IMG/VR virus record: IMGVR_UViG_3300005764_000015 | Location: 1-64,000 of that record | DNA length: 64,000 nucleotides | Source: an uncultured virus (IMG/VR IMGVR_UViG_3300005764_000015) | Lineage: Duplodnaviria > Heunggongvirae > Uroviricota > Caudoviricetes | Strand: one strand, 5' to 3' | Shown here: in pieces, positions 25,004 to 36,328 of the stretch | Position numbering within the stretch: position 1 is the stretch's first letter | Layout of the letters: every line of letters begins with the position of its first letter | Notes under the pieces: model-generated | Database searches by the model: none | Told to the model about the DNA's origin: nothing | Seen by the model: the letters and a program-made list of their open reading frames with translations, nothing else | Translations under genes and position numbers: made by a program

Positions 25004-28000
25004 ATGGAAACGGAAACGGCAAGAAATTCACTGCATCGCTTCGGAAGCCACCGAAGCAGCTTTCCGCATCGCTAAAACCAGCCCAAAAATTCAGCACAAG
25101 CGGCGTAGTGACAGAAACCATGCCTGTGCCAGGGCCTCCCGGCCCGCCGGGGCCAGAAGGGCCGCAGGGACCTATCGGACCTGAAGGACCGCAAGGCACA
25201 ACCGGAGCGCCCGGCACACCCGGAGCACAGGGCCCGCCTGGAGCGCAGGGAGCAACTGGCCCGCAGGGGCCGGAAGGATTGACCGGGCCAAAAGGCGTGC
25301 AAGGCGATCCGGGGCCTATTGGACCGCCTGGAAATACAGGGCCAGCGGGGCCTGCAGGACCGATGGGGCAGCCCGGCCCGATGGGACCACAGGGCACGCA
25401 AGGGCCGACCGGACCGCAGGGCATAGATGGAGTGCCCGGTCCGCAGGGTCCGCAGGGATCAGCTGGTCCGATCGGTCCGCAAGGTCCGCAAGGCGTAATC
25501 GGCTTGACCGGGCCACAGGGAGCCAAAGGCGATACCGGAGCACAGGGATTGCCTGGGCAGCAGGGACCGGCAGGCCCGACTGGAACTCAGGGTCCGATGG
25601 GGCCGAAGGGAGACCCAGGCACGACGGGAGCAACCGGCCCGCAAGGTCCAGCTGGAACGCAGGGGCCAGTCGGCCCAGCCGGAGCAGCCGGTGCCACGGG
25701 ACCAAAAGGAGATCCTGGAATAGCAGGCCCGGCAGGACCTCAAGGGCCGCAAGGAAATCAGGGAGCACCCGGTGCGGTGGGAGCCACGGGTCCGCAAGGA
25801 GCGCCTGGCACGCCGGGAGCAGCAGGCCCAGCAGGACCGACAGGGCCACAGGGAGTAACGGGTCCGCAAGGCTTGCAGGGAGCGACTGGAGATCCCGGCA
25901 CACCCGGAGCACAGGGGCCGACTGGGCCAACCGGACCGCGCGGTGCCACCGGCCCGGCAGGACCGCAAGGAATTCAGGGTCCGCAGGGAGTTGGAATAGA
26001 AATAAAAGGCACCGTGCCCACCGAGGCAAACCTGCCAGCAACAGCTAATCCCGGCGATGCTTACATTGTAGCAGACACCGGGCATATGTGGGTCTGGGAT
26101 GCACAGACGGGCTGGGTAGATGCTGGAATGGTGCAGGGACCTCCCGGCCCGCAGGGCATTCAGGGGCCTGCCGGCGCCACCGGAGCAGTTGGCCCTCAGG
26201 GTCCGCAGGGAGTGCAAGGAACTCAGGGTCCGAAGGGTGATCCGGGTTTGACGGGAACGACGGGGCCTGCAGGCCCTACGGGGCCACAGGGTGTGCCTGG
26301 TCCCGAGGGGCAGGCGGGCCAGACAGGGCCTCAGGGGCCGACTGGGTTAACGGGAGCAGAAGGGCCTGTCGGACCGCAGGGACCACAGGGTGCCACCGGC
26401 CCTACGGGGCAGCAGGGCGCGACGGGCGATCCTGGCCCTACCGGACCGACTGGAAATACCGGCCCTGCCGGTGCAGCTGGTCCGCAGGGTGCAGCTGGTC
26501 CGCAGGGAGATCCTGGCATTCAGGGACCAAAAGGAGATCCTGGCCCTACGGGTCCGCAGGGGCCACAAGGCGTGCCTGGACCGCAGGGAATAAAAGGCGA
26601 CACTGGCGCGCAGGGCGCGACCGGGCAGCAGGGGCCGCCTGGAACGACCGGAGCCACTGGCCCTGCCGGTCCGCAAGGCACACAGGGCTTGCCAGGGCCA
26701 CAGGGCGATCCTGGTGCAACTGGTGCGCAGGGACCAGCTGGAGCGACTGGCGCGACTGGAGCACAAGGCCCGAAGGGCGATACGGGTGCAGATGGAGCGA
26801 CTGGGCCTCCCGGCGCAACTGGCAATACCGGACCAGCAGGGCCGCAGGGATCTCAGGGCGTGAAGGGCGATCCTGGCACGCCTGGTGCGACTGGCCCGGC
26901 AGGTGCACAGGGGCCAGCAGGTCCGACTGGCGCTCAAGGTCCGCAAGGCCCGCAGGGATTGCAGGGTGCCCAAGGTCAGCAGGGACCCGTGGGCGATACT
27001 GGTGTCGCGGGGCCGCCGGGACCGATAGGCCCTGCAGGCCCGGTGGGGCCGGAAGGTCCGCAAGGCGTGCAGGGTCCGGTCGGACCAACCGGAGCGACTG
27101 GCCCGCAAGGCCCAAAAGGCGACCCTGGACCGCAGGGCGTAGCCGGACCTACCGGCCCAATCGGAAATACCGGCCCTGCTGGCCCTCAGGGAGTAAAAGG
27201 CGACACAGGGCTGACCGGCCCGCAAGGCCCGATTGGAAATACTGGCCCTCAGGGCGCGAAAGGCGACCCCGGCGCGACGGGAGCTACCGGGGCAACGGGA
27301 CCGCAGGGACCAATTGGAAATACAGGCCCGGCTGGCCCGCAAGGACCTACGGGTGCAGATAGCACGGTGCCCGGACCGCCCGGAGCGACAGGGCCAGCAG
27401 GTCCGCAGGGACCAAAAGGTGATGCCGGACCACAGGGCTTGACCGGCTCGCAAGGCCCTCCCGGCGCAGCCGGATCGACCGGACCGATTGGGCCAGTAGG
27501 GCCGCAGGGAGCGCAGGGAAATCCCGGCATTCAAGGGCCGAAAGGTGACACGGGAGCTACTGGCCCGCAGGGATTGACAGGACCACAGGGATTAACAGGA
27601 CCACAGGGAGTCGCTGGTCCGACCGGACCTACGGGAGCCACGGGTCCGCAGGGACCGATTGGAAATACGGGTGCCACAGGCCCGCAGGGTCCGCAAGGTA
27701 TACCAGGAGTCATCCAAGGCGTGCAGGACGAGGGCACGAACCTGCCCGGGCGTCAATATATTAATTTCATCGGCGGTGCAGTTACCGCAGTAGATGACTT
27801 GGCCAACAATCGAACAAATATCACGATCCCAAGCGTGACGCCAGCCGGAAGCACGGGCTACGTACAGTTCAACAACGCCGGAGCGTTCGGCGCATCGTCC
27901 GCATTGTTCTGGGACATCACCAATACGCGGCTCGGCATAGGCACGACGACGCCGAATGTAAAGCTTGACGTGAGAGGCAACGTCCAGATCGGCAGCACGG

Positions 28001-30861
28001 GCGTGACCGGCAGCACGGGATGGCCATTGGTCATCGCAGATAGCAGCGGCCTGGGCACGAAAGAAATGGACGGCAGCGGCGTCAGCAAGATAGAGACGTA
28101 TGTCGGCTCCGGCGGTGCCAACGAGCTGAGGCTGCTCAACAGCATGAAGCTGATCGGGCAGGCGCAAGACTTGGTGCTCGGCACAAGCAGCTTCGGGCAG
28201 GCAATCAGAATATTAAATTCCGACGGCAGCACGCGGCTGAGCGGGAACCTTACCTTCGCCACAGATAATTCGTACGATATAGGCGCCAGCGGTGCCGTGC
28301 GGCCGCGGAATATTTTCGTAGCCACGAGCATATACACGCCGTCAGCAACGATCTCCGGCTTAGCAGGCGTGGGCACGCGGATGGTGGTGACAGATGCCAA
28401 CGGGTTGCTGGGCGCGCAGGCAATTCCCAGCGGCGGCGGAGGCGTTACCTCTGTCTTTACCCGGACGGGTGCGGTGACTGCACAGGCAGGAGATTACACC
28501 GCAGCACAGGTGACCAATGCAGTGTCTACTGCTGGCAGCTATGCAGATCCTGCATGGATCACATCGCTGAGTTACAGCAAGCTTTCGGGTGTGCCAGCTG
28601 GAGCAGTAGCCAGCGTTTTCGGAAGAACAGGCGCAGTAGTTGCAGCAAGTGGCGATTATACAGCAGCACAGGTGACCAATGCGGTGAGCACGCTGGGAAG
28701 CTATGCAGACCCTGCGTGGATCACGTCGTTGAATTATAGCAAGATTGCCGGTTCGCCATCGACTGCACAGATTGCCGCGATGCAGACGCCGTGGTTGCAG
28801 AATATAGATGCGGCAGGGTATAGCCTGAATCATCTTTCATCGATCCAAGGCCCGACGGGCGCCGGGGATCATACCGTCTACATTCTTGGCGGCGGTGGGT
28901 TGCAAATTGGCCCGTTGACTGGTCAGCACTGTATCTGGATCGGAGGCGATGACACAACGCTGGACATGTGGTGGGGCGGTGCGGGTCAAGACCGTTGGGT
29001 TACTGGTTTGATCAACACTACTGCGGTCGATGCAATTTCCCCTACTGGAAACGACTTTGCGTTCCGGGCGTGGAACAATGGGGCCTATCAATCTACACCG
29101 CTGACACTGTTCAGAGGTACGGGCTACGTCGGAATCAATAAGCCTACCGCTGCTGCCTACCAGCTGGATGTTGCAGGCGATGTTGCTGTTACCGGCTATA
29201 TCTACTTCAACAGCGTCGGCGGTGCAGGCAATCAGGCTTACATCTACAACAGCGTCGGCACGTTCTCGATGATCGCGCCCAACGGCGTGAATCTCAACCT
29301 GGAATCAGACGGCACGGGCCGGGTGTTGATGTCGACCAACGGCACGCGGCGGCTGGTGGTCCATTCCGGCGGCAACGTGGGCATCGGCCCCAGCATGAAT
29401 CCGTCTTACACGCTGGATGTGCAGGGCGATTGCAACATCAGCGGTACTTACTGTGTGAACGGTGTTCCACTTTCGACTGGGCAGAACCAGACGCCGTGGC
29501 TATCCGACATTGACGGCGGTACGCACCTCCTCAGCAACATCGGCGTGGGCGGATCTCTCGTCGCCGGGATCACATTGAACAACTACGTCTCATACGCCCT
29601 CAAGGATTCTAGTGGTAGTGGTCGGAGCGTGACGTTTCTTGACAATGCGAACCCGGATAACCTACATATCCGTAACAACCAACGTGGTGTTGGCGGCGCG
29701 ATCACCTTTGACACCCAGGCTGGTGGCGTAGAGAGTATGCGAGTCACTGCCACTGGATACCTCGGTATCGGCACGACGACGCCGGCCTTCCCGTTGTCTT
29801 TCGGCACCGGACTCGGAAACAAGATCGCTCTCTATGACAATGTTAGCGCCTTCTTCGGCTTTGGTATTCAGCCTGGTCTGTTCCAGGTATTTGCCAATAG
29901 TTCCGGCGACCGCATTGGTTTTGGCTACGGCAATAGCGCATCGTTCACGGAAGGAGTAAGTATAACGAATGGTCGTCTTGGTGTAGGAACTACCGGCCCG
30001 TTTTATTCTTTGCACGTCGCTTCGTCAGCAACAAGTGGATCTACGCCCGTTTATCATTCGGCTAATACTCCGTTCTCGATTGATAATCCAGGCAGTGCAG
30101 AGCTAGTAATAGCCATGTTGGGCGCTAGCCCATACACTTACTGGATTCAGAATCGCGGGCCAGCCGGTGCTTTCCCGATCGCGCTGAATCCTGCTGGTGG
30201 ATTTGTCGGGATAGGAACTTCATCTCCTCAGTACCTGCTTGAAGTCAATTATAATGCCAGTCAGCTAGGCACTGCAACTGGTAATTCTTTGAATATAGCT
30301 CGGTTTGATTTTATTGCTTCGAATAATGTCTTTCTACAGATAACTGGCAGTCGTACATTGAGCGGCAGTGACTGGACTACGGCTGCTTTTAAGTTACAGC
30401 ACGTTGTCGATTCGACTCAGATGGGATATATCTCGTTCAATCCATCGAATGCGAATACTCAGAGTATTGGGTTTGGATATGGATCTAACGAATTATTCCG
30501 GATTGGTGGGGATGGTATTGTTTATGTTGCTAGTTCCTGGGCACGATTTGCTATACAGACTGCTGGGGTGTCTGTTGCTGCGATGCTTTCAATGGATGGC
30601 AGCGGCAATACGATTTTCGACGTTCCGAACACTGGCACTGCTAACGGTTCGATGATTCTTAGTACCAAGGGCACTGGTCGAGTAATCGCCAGGCAGTCCG
30701 GTTACACGAACATTTTCGTCCCGACTTCAGCAATTCCAGATGGAGAAGTGATTGGAACTTGTATGGCATTTTGGCTAGATCAGGGAAGCAACCGGATTGT
30801 GTTTCGAGTCAGGTATAACGATGGAACAACAATGAAGACCGGATACGTTACTTTAGCATGA
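25000..30861 (+). CDS. Collagen-like fibre protein (1953 aa)
   Basis: About 860 aa of Gly-X-Y with one interruption ([12 protein letters not shown]...WVDAG), then GIGTTTP-type fibre repeats. Confidence 0.9.
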   Translation: MNGNGNGKKFTASLRKPPKQLSASLKPAQKFSTSGVVTETMPVPGPPGPPGPEGPQGPIGPEGPQGTTGAPGTPGAQGPPGAQGATGPQGPEGLTGPKGVQGDPGPIGPPGNTGPAGPAGPMGQPGPMGPQGTQGPTGPQGIDGVPGPQGPQGSAGPIGPQGPQGVIGLTGPQGAKGDTGAQGLPGQQGPAGPTGTQGPMGPKGDPGTTGATGPQGPAGTQGPVGPAGAAGATGPKGDPGIAGPAGPQGPQGNQGAPGAVGATGPQGAPGTPGAAGPAGPTGPQGVTGPQGLQGATGDPGTPGAQGPTGPTGPRGATGPAGPQGIQGPQGVGIEIKGTVPTEANLPATANPGDAYIVADTGHMWVWDAQTGWVDAGMVQGPPGPQGIQGPAGATGAVGPQGPQGVQGTQGPKGDPGLTGTTGPAGPTGPQGVPGPEGQAGQTGPQGPTGLTGAEGPVGPQGPQGATGPTGQQGATGDPGPTGPTGNTGPAGAAGPQGAAGPQGDPGIQGPKGDPGPTGPQGPQGVPGPQGIKGDTGAQGATGQQGPPGTTGATGPAGPQGTQGLPGPQGDPGATGAQGPAGATGATGAQGPKGDTGADGATGPPGATGNTGPAGPQGSQGVKGDPGTPGATGPAGAQGPAGPTGAQGPQGPQGLQGAQGQQGPVGDTGVAGPPGPIGPAGPVGPEGPQGVQGPVGPTGATGPQGPKGDPGPQGVAGPTGPIGNTGPAGPQGVKGDTGLTGPQGPIGNTGPQGAKGDPGATGATGATGPQGPIGNTGPAGPQGPTGADSTVPGPPGATGPAGPQGPKGDAGPQGLTGSQGPPGAAGSTGPIGPVGPQGAQGNPGIQGPKGDTGATGPQGLTGPQGLTGPQGVAGPTGPTGATGPQGPIGNTGATGPQGPQGIPGVIQGVQDEGTNLPGRQYINFIGGAVTAVDDLANNRTNITIPSVTPAGSTGYVQFNNAGAFGASSALFWDITNTRLGIGTTTPNVKLDVRGNVQIGSTGVTGSTGWPLVIADSSGLGTKEMDGSGVSKIETYVGSGGANELRLLNSMKLIGQAQDLVLGTSSFGQAIRILNSDGSTRLSGNLTFATDNSYDIGASGAVRPRNIFVATSIYTPSATISGLAGVGTRMVVTDANGLLGAQAIPSGGGGVTSVFTRTGAVTAQAGDYTAAQVTNAVSTAGSYADPAWITSLSYSKLSGVPAGAVASVFGRTGAVVAASGDYTAAQVTNAVSTLGSYADPAWITSLNYSKIAGSPSTAQIAAMQTPWLQNIDAAGYSLNHLSSIQGPTGAGDHTVYILGGGGLQIGPLTGQHCIWIGGDDTTLDMWWGGAGQDRWVTGLINTTAVDAISPTGNDFAFRAWNNGAYQSTPLTLFRGTGYVGINKPTAAAYQLDVAGDVAVTGYIYFNSVGGAGNQAYIYNSVGTFSMIAPNGVNLNLESDGTGRVLMSTNGTRRLVVHSGGNVGIGPSMNPSYTLDVQGDCNISGTYCVNGVPLSTGQNQTPWLSDIDGGTHLLSNIGVGGSLVAGITLNNYVSYALKDSSGSGRSVTFLDNANPDNLHIRNNQRGVGGAITFDTQAGGVESMRVTATGYLGIGTTTPAFPLSFGTGLGNKIALYDNVSAFFGFGIQPGLFQVFANSSGDRIGFGYGNSASFTEGVSITNGRLGVGTTGPFYSLHVASSATSGSTPVYHSANTPFSIDNPGSAELVIAMLGASPYTYWIQNRGPAGAFPIALNPAGGFVGIGTSSPQYLLEVNYNASQLGTATGNSLNIARFDFIASNNVFLQITGSRTLSGSDWTTAAFKLQHVVDSTQMGYISFNPSNANTQSIGFGYGSNELFRIGGDGIVYVASSWARFAIQTAGVSVAAMLSMDGSGNTIFDVPNTGTANGSMILSTKGTGRVIARQSGYTNIFVPTSAIPDGEVIGTCMAFWLDQGSNRIVFRVRYNDGTTMKTGYVTLA
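25132..27710 (+). repeat. Collagen Gly-X-Y coding repeat
   Basis: GPQG/GATG/GPTG triplets. Confidence 0.9.
28444..28746 (+). repeat. Tandem duplication of about 55 aa within the fibre
   Basis: [39 protein letters not shown] occurs twice. Confidence 0.85.
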
Positions 30862-30931
30862 GAAGGAGAAGTTAGATCATGAGCGTTGGGTTGATACAGA
30901 TGCCACAAAGAAAAAGAAAAAGGAGATAGCA

Positions 30932-31225
30932 ATGGCATTGACTTACACAGACTCCAACGCGCTCATGAACGACTTCGACTTTCGCGGGCGCATCAAGGTA
31001 GCTGCACTTCACTATGCGGACTACATCATGAACGAAGCAACCAACACGCCTGGCCACACGTCCCGGCTGCGCTGGGCCAGTGCTACGTTCCAGAGCCCGG
31101 ATCAGGCGGCCCAATCGTTGCATTCGCCGGTGGTAATGGACCCGGCGGTGCAGGCAGATGGTGCTGCCATCATCGACACCAACCTGCAGAGCGCGGTGGA
31201 GAACACGATCAACAAATTGATCTGA
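30932..31225 (+). CDS. Fibre-associated small protein
   Basis: AAGGAG RBS; follows the fibre gene. Confidence 0.65.
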   Translation: MALTYTDSNALMNDFDFRGRIKVAALHYADYIMNEATNTPGHTSRLRWASATFQSPDQAAQSLHSPVVMDPAVQADGAAIIDTNLQSAVENTINKLI

Positions 31226-31254
31226 GGATAGAATGACGAGGAGGATAGAAAAAG

Positions 31255-31641
31255 ATGCAAACAGTATTCCTGACGTTCTATAAGCGGATCACTCTGTGGA
31301 ATATGGTGGGCAACCATAGCGTGAGCGGACTCAAGCAGGCAGAGGTATATCTGCGGTTGATCGGCAAGCTACGCCCGACGGACGAAGAAACGGAATCGGT
31401 TAATCTTCAGAACAACGGGATGGGTGTGAGCTGGCAGCTGCCGGTGCCGACGTTCGGCGACAAGGACATAGAGCTGGAGCGATCGGAAGCAGATGCACTT
31501 ATCGCAGCCATAGAAGTAGCGCAGTTCCGGGTGGTAGATGCAGCGTGGCTGCAGGAGATAGCAGACCAGCTAAAGAAGAAACCACCAAAAAAAGAAACAG
31601 ACGAGGCCAGGGCAGAGGTTGAAGAACCGGTGCTCAACTAA
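31255..31641 (+). CDS. Putative fibre chaperone (paralogue of 53192..53578)
   Basis: Shared DIELE.E and D..WL....QL pattern. Confidence 0.6.
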   Translation: MQTVFLTFYKRITLWNMVGNHSVSGLKQAEVYLRLIGKLRPTDEETESVNLQNNGMGVSWQLPVPTFGDKDIELERSEADALIAAIEVAQFRVVDAAWLQEIADQLKKKPPKKETDEARAEVEEPVLN

Positions 31642-32150
31642 TGAAAGTGACCATGGAATTCGAGGGCCTGGAAAAGCTGGACAGACTGTTCAGCAACGTG
31701 GGCGGACCGCTGTGGGGCGGCGTGAAGGTGGTCGGCAAAGCAGCCGCCTATGCACTGGTCTGGGAATGGGGATCAGCGCGGATCACGAAGCCAGGCCCAA
31801 AGACGACATGGGGCACCAATCCCGCCGGCGATACGGTGGTGCTTACGCTTACCGCGCCGTACGGCTACATTCGCGTGAATAAGGACCAGTACCTCAGCAT
31901 ACTGCGGGAGGAGGTTAAGAACGCACGCCTGACAAGGGTAAAGCCGGAGAACTTCGAGAATGCTCTAAAGGACGCCCTCAGCAGGGCTGAGATTCGCTGT
32001 TCGTTATTAATCTCTGAAACTGCCCCTATCGACAGTGGTGACTTGAGGATGAGTATTCAGCCAACGGGAGTTAACGCACCGATTCTGTTCACCGGGACGC
32101 CGAACCTGTTCGGGCCCACCGAATTTGACCTCGGGACTGGCTGGATTTAA
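31641..32150 (+). CDS. HK97 gp10-like tail completion protein
   Basis: MEFEGLEKL...; APIDSGDLRMSI. Confidence 0.65.
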   Translation: MKVTMEFEGLEKLDRLFSNVGGPLWGGVKVVGKAAAYALVWEWGSARITKPGPKTTWGTNPAGDTVVLTLTAPYGYIRVNKDQYLSILREEVKNARLTRVKPENFENALKDALSRAEIRCSLLISETAPIDSGDLRMSIQPTGVNAPILFTGTPNLFGPTEFDLGTGWI

Positions 32151-32155
32151 GAACT

Positions 32156-32680
32156 ATGTGGTATCGTGTCTCATCTATGGGTAGACCAAGTATGGGGCGG
32201 GATACTGCATCGCTACAGCAGCGCTTTTTACGCTACGTCGACAAGACATCTTCGCCTAAGGGCTGCTGGCTTTGGACGGGCGCAAAAGATCGGGACGGTT
32301 ATGGCAGCTTTAAGATACGAGTTGATGGTAAGTTAGAACAGCGCGCGCATCGCATTGCGTATATCTGGTGGAAGGCACCTATTCCAGATGGCTCGTGGAT
32401 GCTGCATAAAGTGGAGTGCAGTGATTCATCGTGTTGTAACCCGGATCATGTGTATGCCGGGAACGCAAGGCAGAATTCAAACGACGCTATAACTACGGGT
32501 GCTATGCGTCGGGGAGAGGCATCTTCGCATTCTAAACTAACTGCTTTGCAGGTGCGTGTGATAAGGGCATTGTATCGGCGAGGGCAAGGGACACAAGCTA
32601 GTTTGGCTCTTGAATTTGGCGTAGTTCCCTTTGCTATATTTCAGATTATTAAACGTCGGACTTGGAAGCACGTCAAATGA
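32156..32680 (+). CDS. HNH homing endonuclease (start probably 32177)
   Basis: YVDKTSSPKGCWLWTG, AHRIAY, CCNPDHV; SKLT HTH tail. Confidence 0.9.
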   Translation: MWYRVSSMGRPSMGRDTASLQQRFLRYVDKTSSPKGCWLWTGAKDRDGYGSFKIRVDGKLEQRAHRIAYIWWKAPIPDGSWMLHKVECSDSSCCNPDHVYAGNARQNSNDAITTGAMRRGEASSHSKLTALQVRVIRALYRRGQGTQASLALEFGVVPFAIFQIIKRRTWKHVK

Positions 32681-33297
32681 AGCTGGACGACTTACTCGCG
32701 CTGCATATATGGTCCCGACAGGGAAGGATCATCACTGCCAAAAAGCGGCAGCCGATCGTCTACAATCCCGACGCAGCAATCAAGGCTCATGTAGACGCCA
32801 CAGCGGGGAAGCTGCATGATTACTTCGCCAGTGAAAATACCGCGGGCAAACCTATGCGCGCCATGCTGGGCGAGCTGGTCAAAAACGCACGCATGCTGGG
32901 CTTCGAAGATGGCGCGCATTACTCCGGCAAGAAGCTCACCGATGCCTACGTCCAGAAGGTCGACAAGCATGCAAAGAAATACAGCCGCGAATTGGCGTCG
33001 CAGATATCGCAGACGACCAGGAAGGGCCTGAAGAACGAAACGCCTTACGTCACCACGAGTGACCGCGCCACAGCCATAGCCGCCCATGAGGGAAGAAAGG
33101 CCTACAACAAAGGGCTTTTGGAAGCGATGGGAGGAAATGGCTTTGGAAAATCCTGGATGACGGGAGATAGCCCGTGCCCGGACTGCCAGGACAACGAAGA
33201 TGATGACATCATAGATATGAATGATGTGTTTTCCAGCGGGGACGATACGCCGCCAGCACATCCTAATTGCGGTTGCACCTTAGGAGTCCACGTATAA
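32677..33297 (+). CDS. Short MuF/SPP1 gp7-like head morphogenesis protein
   Basis: RATAIA.HE, KSW....PCPDC...PPAHPNCGC. Confidence 0.75.
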   Translation: MKLDDLLALHIWSRQGRIITAKKRQPIVYNPDAAIKAHVDATAGKLHDYFASENTAGKPMRAMLGELVKNARMLGFEDGAHYSGKKLTDAYVQKVDKHAKKYSRELASQISQTTRKGLKNETPYVTTSDRATAIAAHEGRKAYNKGLLEAMGGNGFGKSWMTGDSPCPDCQDNEDDDIIDMNDVFSSGDDTPPAHPNCGCTLGVHV

Positions 33298-33323
33298 TGG
33301 TGCATTGTTGTCATAATACGTCG

Positions 33324-33386
33324 ATGACTAAAGCGCAACGCATATTCAATCTGATAGTCAGACGCAAGATTTGGAAAAACATATGA
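33324..33386 (+). pseudogene. Relic C-terminus of an HNH endonuclease gene (20 aa)
   Basis: MTKAQRIFNLIVRRKIWKNI resembles HNH C-termini in the window (IFQIIKRRTWKHV, VWKIISRKTWKHV). Confidence 0.5.
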
Positions 33387-33856
33387 GTGCTACAAGCGCG
33401 ATAGTGATGGAAGTCGGCGAGATGTCCCGGAAGAAATTCTACAATCAGGATTTCTCCGGCAAGGATCTTTCGCACAAGAAGATGAGATCGAGCTTCTTTT
33501 ACCGCTGTAACTTCGACGACGCAGACATGTCGCATGCGGATGCCGAAGGAACGGAATTTGTCGGCTGTACCTTCAATAATTCGATTTGCTATTACTCCAA
33601 TTTCAAGGATGCAAAGTTAGCCGGGAACGTGTTCAAGCCAAAGGATGCTTACGGCATTACGCTTACGATGAGCTGCAAGACCTTCGATCAGATGGAGACG
33701 AGACAGCTGTGGTGGTACGGAATGTTGCTTTTTGCCACGATGATGGTGCCTGAACGCGAACCCGTCGACGAGGACCTCAATGCAGGGCTGATTAACCTCA
33801 TCGGCGCTGAACGGTACGCCAAGCTTAAGACCTTGTTCAGCAAGCGGGAAGTGTAA
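33383..33856 (+). CDS. Pentapeptide-repeat protein
   Basis: QDFSG KDLSH...CNFDD ADMSH ADAEG TEFVG CTFNN...SNFKD AKLAG. Confidence 0.8.
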   Translation: MSATSAIVMEVGEMSRKKFYNQDFSGKDLSHKKMRSSFFYRCNFDDADMSHADAEGTEFVGCTFNNSICYYSNFKDAKLAGNVFKPKDAYGITLTMSCKTFDQMETRQLWWYGMLLFATMMVPEREPVDEDLNAGLINLIGAERYAKLKTLFSKREV

Positions 33857-33870
33857 TGTACTATTGGTTG

Positions 33871-34407
33871 ATGCCGAAGCTAGATGTAAACGAACAGCGT
33901 GATCGTTTTTTCTCGCATGTTGATAGAACCTCTTCGCCTAAGGGATGCTGGATTTGGACAGGTACTCTAAACGCTTCTGGCTACGGCAGAATCAAAATTA
34001 CTTTCACCGATGGAACATTTGAACGGTTAGCTCATCGTGTGTCGTACAGGTGGTGGAAAGGGCCAATACCGATGGGTCTGTTGGTTTGTCATATCCGAGC
34101 CTGCAGTGATTCAACTTGCGTCAATCCTGCCCACCTGTACACGGGTACAGATCAAGACAACACAGATGATAGGGTCGCTGTAGGTAATCAGCCAAAGGGC
34201 AGAACCCACCACATGCACTTACATCCAGAATACGCCGCGCGTGGTGCTGCTGCCGGACGTAGCAAGCTGACTGATGTGCAAGTGCGCGTTGCACGTGCTT
34301 TGCATAGACGTGACCACATGATAAAGAGCATTGCTAGACGTTTCGGTGTAACCGCAACGGCTATCTCCGCTATTGTGCATAGCAAGACATGGAGGCATCT
34401 GTGGTAG
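33871..34407 (+). CDS. HNH homing endonuclease
   Basis: HVDRTSSPKGCWIWTG, AHRVSY, VCH...CVNPAHL...DN. Confidence 0.9.
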   Translation: MPKLDVNEQRDRFFSHVDRTSSPKGCWIWTGTLNASGYGRIKITFTDGTFERLAHRVSYRWWKGPIPMGLLVCHIRACSDSTCVNPAHLYTGTDQDNTDDRVAVGNQPKGRTHHMHLHPEYAARGAAAGRSKLTDVQVRVARALHRRDHMIKSIARRFGVTATAISAIVHSKTWRHLW

Positions 34408-35003
34408 AGGCGATCGATACCTATTTTCTGTTCGTCAAGAGCCAGATGGCAAAGCTGGATCCAACGCAACGCTTTGGACCTATTGTGGCCAGTCGAGATT
34501 GGCCGCAGACGCCGCCGAAAGACAGCACGCTGTATCTGCTGTACCTTAGCTCGACGCCGATCTCGCCCGGCACAGCATCGGTGACCTTCTATCAGCATAT
34601 GCTGCAGTGGGTCTGGCTGGTGATGGGCGACGACATAGAGCCGACGGAAAGAAAACAGAACCGCGGTGACAGATACCGCGTCCACCTGAACATGCAGAAC
34701 AACCTGCAGGACGCGAATTACCCGGGCTTCTGCCAGAAGATGGCTTACACAGCAGACAGGGACGGCAACCTGTCCAGCAACGGTTTTACCCTGCCGGAAT
34801 ACGGCGGGGCAGAAACGATCTTCTGGACTACACCAAGATTCATTCCGAGATTCGATGCAGAGAGATCGGGCTTACTCTACGGAGTAGCAGCCGTGGAAGT
34901 GGATGCGTGGGAAGATATTACGCTGAAGTTGCAGCAGCCGTATCCGCAGCCGGTTTTGACGAAGGATGTGCGTGCTAGAATAGACGCGTTTAACAGATCG
35001 TAG
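34389..35003 (+). CDS. Putative tail terminator protein
   Basis: Immediately upstream of the tail tube gene; size. Confidence 0.55.
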   Translation: MEASVVEAIDTYFLFVKSQMAKLDPTQRFGPIVASRDWPQTPPKDSTLYLLYLSSTPISPGTASVTFYQHMLQWVWLVMGDDIEPTERKQNRGDRYRVHLNMQNNLQDANYPGFCQKMAYTADRDGNLSSNGFTLPEYGGAETIFWTTPRFIPRFDAERSGLLYGVAAVEVDAWEDITLKLQQPYPQPVLTKDVRARIDAFNRS

Positions 35004-35011
35004 ATGTGCTC

Positions 35012-35046
35012 CGCCGTAGGCTGTAGCTGATAATGACGTCTATTAT
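35012..35046 (+). promoter_or_regulatory. Putative late promoter for the tail operon
   Basis: CGCCGTAGGC box; TAGGCT-18 nt-TATTAT. Confidence 0.45.
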
Positions 35047-35087
35047 TGTAGGGCAGACCAGGCTTAGTGAATAGAGGAGAAGGACGA

Positions 35088-36197
35088 ATGGCAGGAGCAA
35101 ATCTTCCAAAGTCATTAACGCAGCCATTCCGACAGGGCCAGCTTAATGTTGGTTCCGGATGGCGCGGTTATTTTGCCCCATTCAATCAAGCAACAGCAGT
35201 GAATCAGACGTCGACGTCGATCGGGCCCACAATGTACGACTTGGAAGTTTTGGGCCGGTTCGTCGACGCGACTCCACCTGCTGGCTGGTTTGACATCGGG
35301 TTGATTCGAAACTTCAAATTTACGCCAGGCTCGAAAATCGGAAATATCGTTTCCGGTTACCGCGGAGCAGTGCGGGCCAAGTACCGCGGAGAGGTGGCGG
35401 AAAAGTTCAATTTCGCATTCGCGGAAATGTCGCGGACGGCGATGCGGCTGGCGACCGGCTCGCAGGTGTTCAACCTGCTCAAAACGGCCGGGAATGCCAC
35501 GCCGAACACGCAAGGGCCTTTGAATTCGCCTGGCGTAGCCGGCGTTCCGATGATAGCCTACTCGCCGAGTGGGATGACGGGCGGGCCGTCGGGCATACCG
35601 ACGCTTTCGGTCGCCACCGGGACGGGCTCGCAATTCCCTGTCGGCTCGATGATTGTGTGCGACATCGACTACGACCCGGCGACCTACGGCTTTGTGGGAG
35701 ACGCAGGTGCCAACGTGTTTCCGGGTGCCGTGACGGACGTCGACTTCATTCGCAAGACTTCCGATTACGTAGCCGGTGTTCAGCAAATCGTTACAGCCGG
35801 CGGTGCCGACTTACTCGTGCTGACCGGCCCGTTTGTCGGCGGCGGCAACAAGGTCGGCATACAAGGGATGGGGCCGACAGCTCCGGCGCCGCCTGCGAAG
35901 GTGCAGGCCATAACCGGCTACGCATCGCGAGAAGGCGGCACTTACATCGCAGAGTGGTCGGCGGTGTTCAAGCTCGACACGGCAGACTTCTCGCAGCTTC
36001 TGCTCTACTACCCACGCGTAGCTCCAGACGCATTCGCCGGCCTGGGCGAAGTGGCCATTCAGAATATCTCGTCCATGCAGGAATACGACATGGATGCATC
36101 GTTCGAAGCAATGGCCTTTGACGATCCGTTGGATGGCGAGACTGTGGTCCGGTATTCGGCCTATTATCCGCATCCCGGAACAAATCCGGCGCAATAG
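35088..36197 (+). CDS. Major tail (tube) protein
   Basis: PPAGWFDIGLI motif; upstream of the chaperones and tape measure; followed by a terminator. Confidence 0.75.
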   Translation: MAGANLPKSLTQPFRQGQLNVGSGWRGYFAPFNQATAVNQTSTSIGPTMYDLEVLGRFVDATPPAGWFDIGLIRNFKFTPGSKIGNIVSGYRGAVRAKYRGEVAEKFNFAFAEMSRTAMRLATGSQVFNLLKTAGNATPNTQGPLNSPGVAGVPMIAYSPSGMTGGPSGIPTLSVATGTGSQFPVGSMIVCDIDYDPATYGFVGDAGANVFPGAVTDVDFIRKTSDYVAGVQQIVTAGGADLLVLTGPFVGGGNKVGIQGMGPTAPAPPAKVQAITGYASREGGTYIAEWSAVFKLDTADFSQLLLYYPRVAPDAFAGLGEVAIQNISSMQEYDMDASFEAMAFDDPLDGETVVRYSAYYPHPGTNPAQ

Positions 36198-36213
36198 CTT
36201 CCTTGCAGGGGGA

Positions 36214-36272
36214 GGCCCGGCTCAGCTCAGAGCCTTACCACGCGCCAGCCATAAGCTGGGCCGGGTCTTTTT
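36214..36272 (+). terminator. Intrinsic terminator (14-bp stem, large loop)
   Basis: GGCCCGGCTCAGCT/AGCTGGGCCGGGTC followed by TTTTT. Confidence 0.65.
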
Positions 36273-36328
36273 GATAAAGAAAGTAGGTGAATAAAGATGT
36301 GGCGGCTAAAGTTAGAAAAGGATAGCTT

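Noticed and set aside
25132..27710. Repeats as a possible CRISPR array or DGR
   Set aside because: These are degenerate coding triplets; there is no repeat-spacer pattern and no cas or reverse transcriptase gene.
24948..27737. Many Gly/Pro/Cys-rich minus-strand ORFs
   Set aside because: Artefacts of the collagen-coding repeat.
28444..28746. Duplicated segment as a DGR template/variable repeat pair
   Set aside because: In-frame tandem protein repeat; differences are not adenine-specific.
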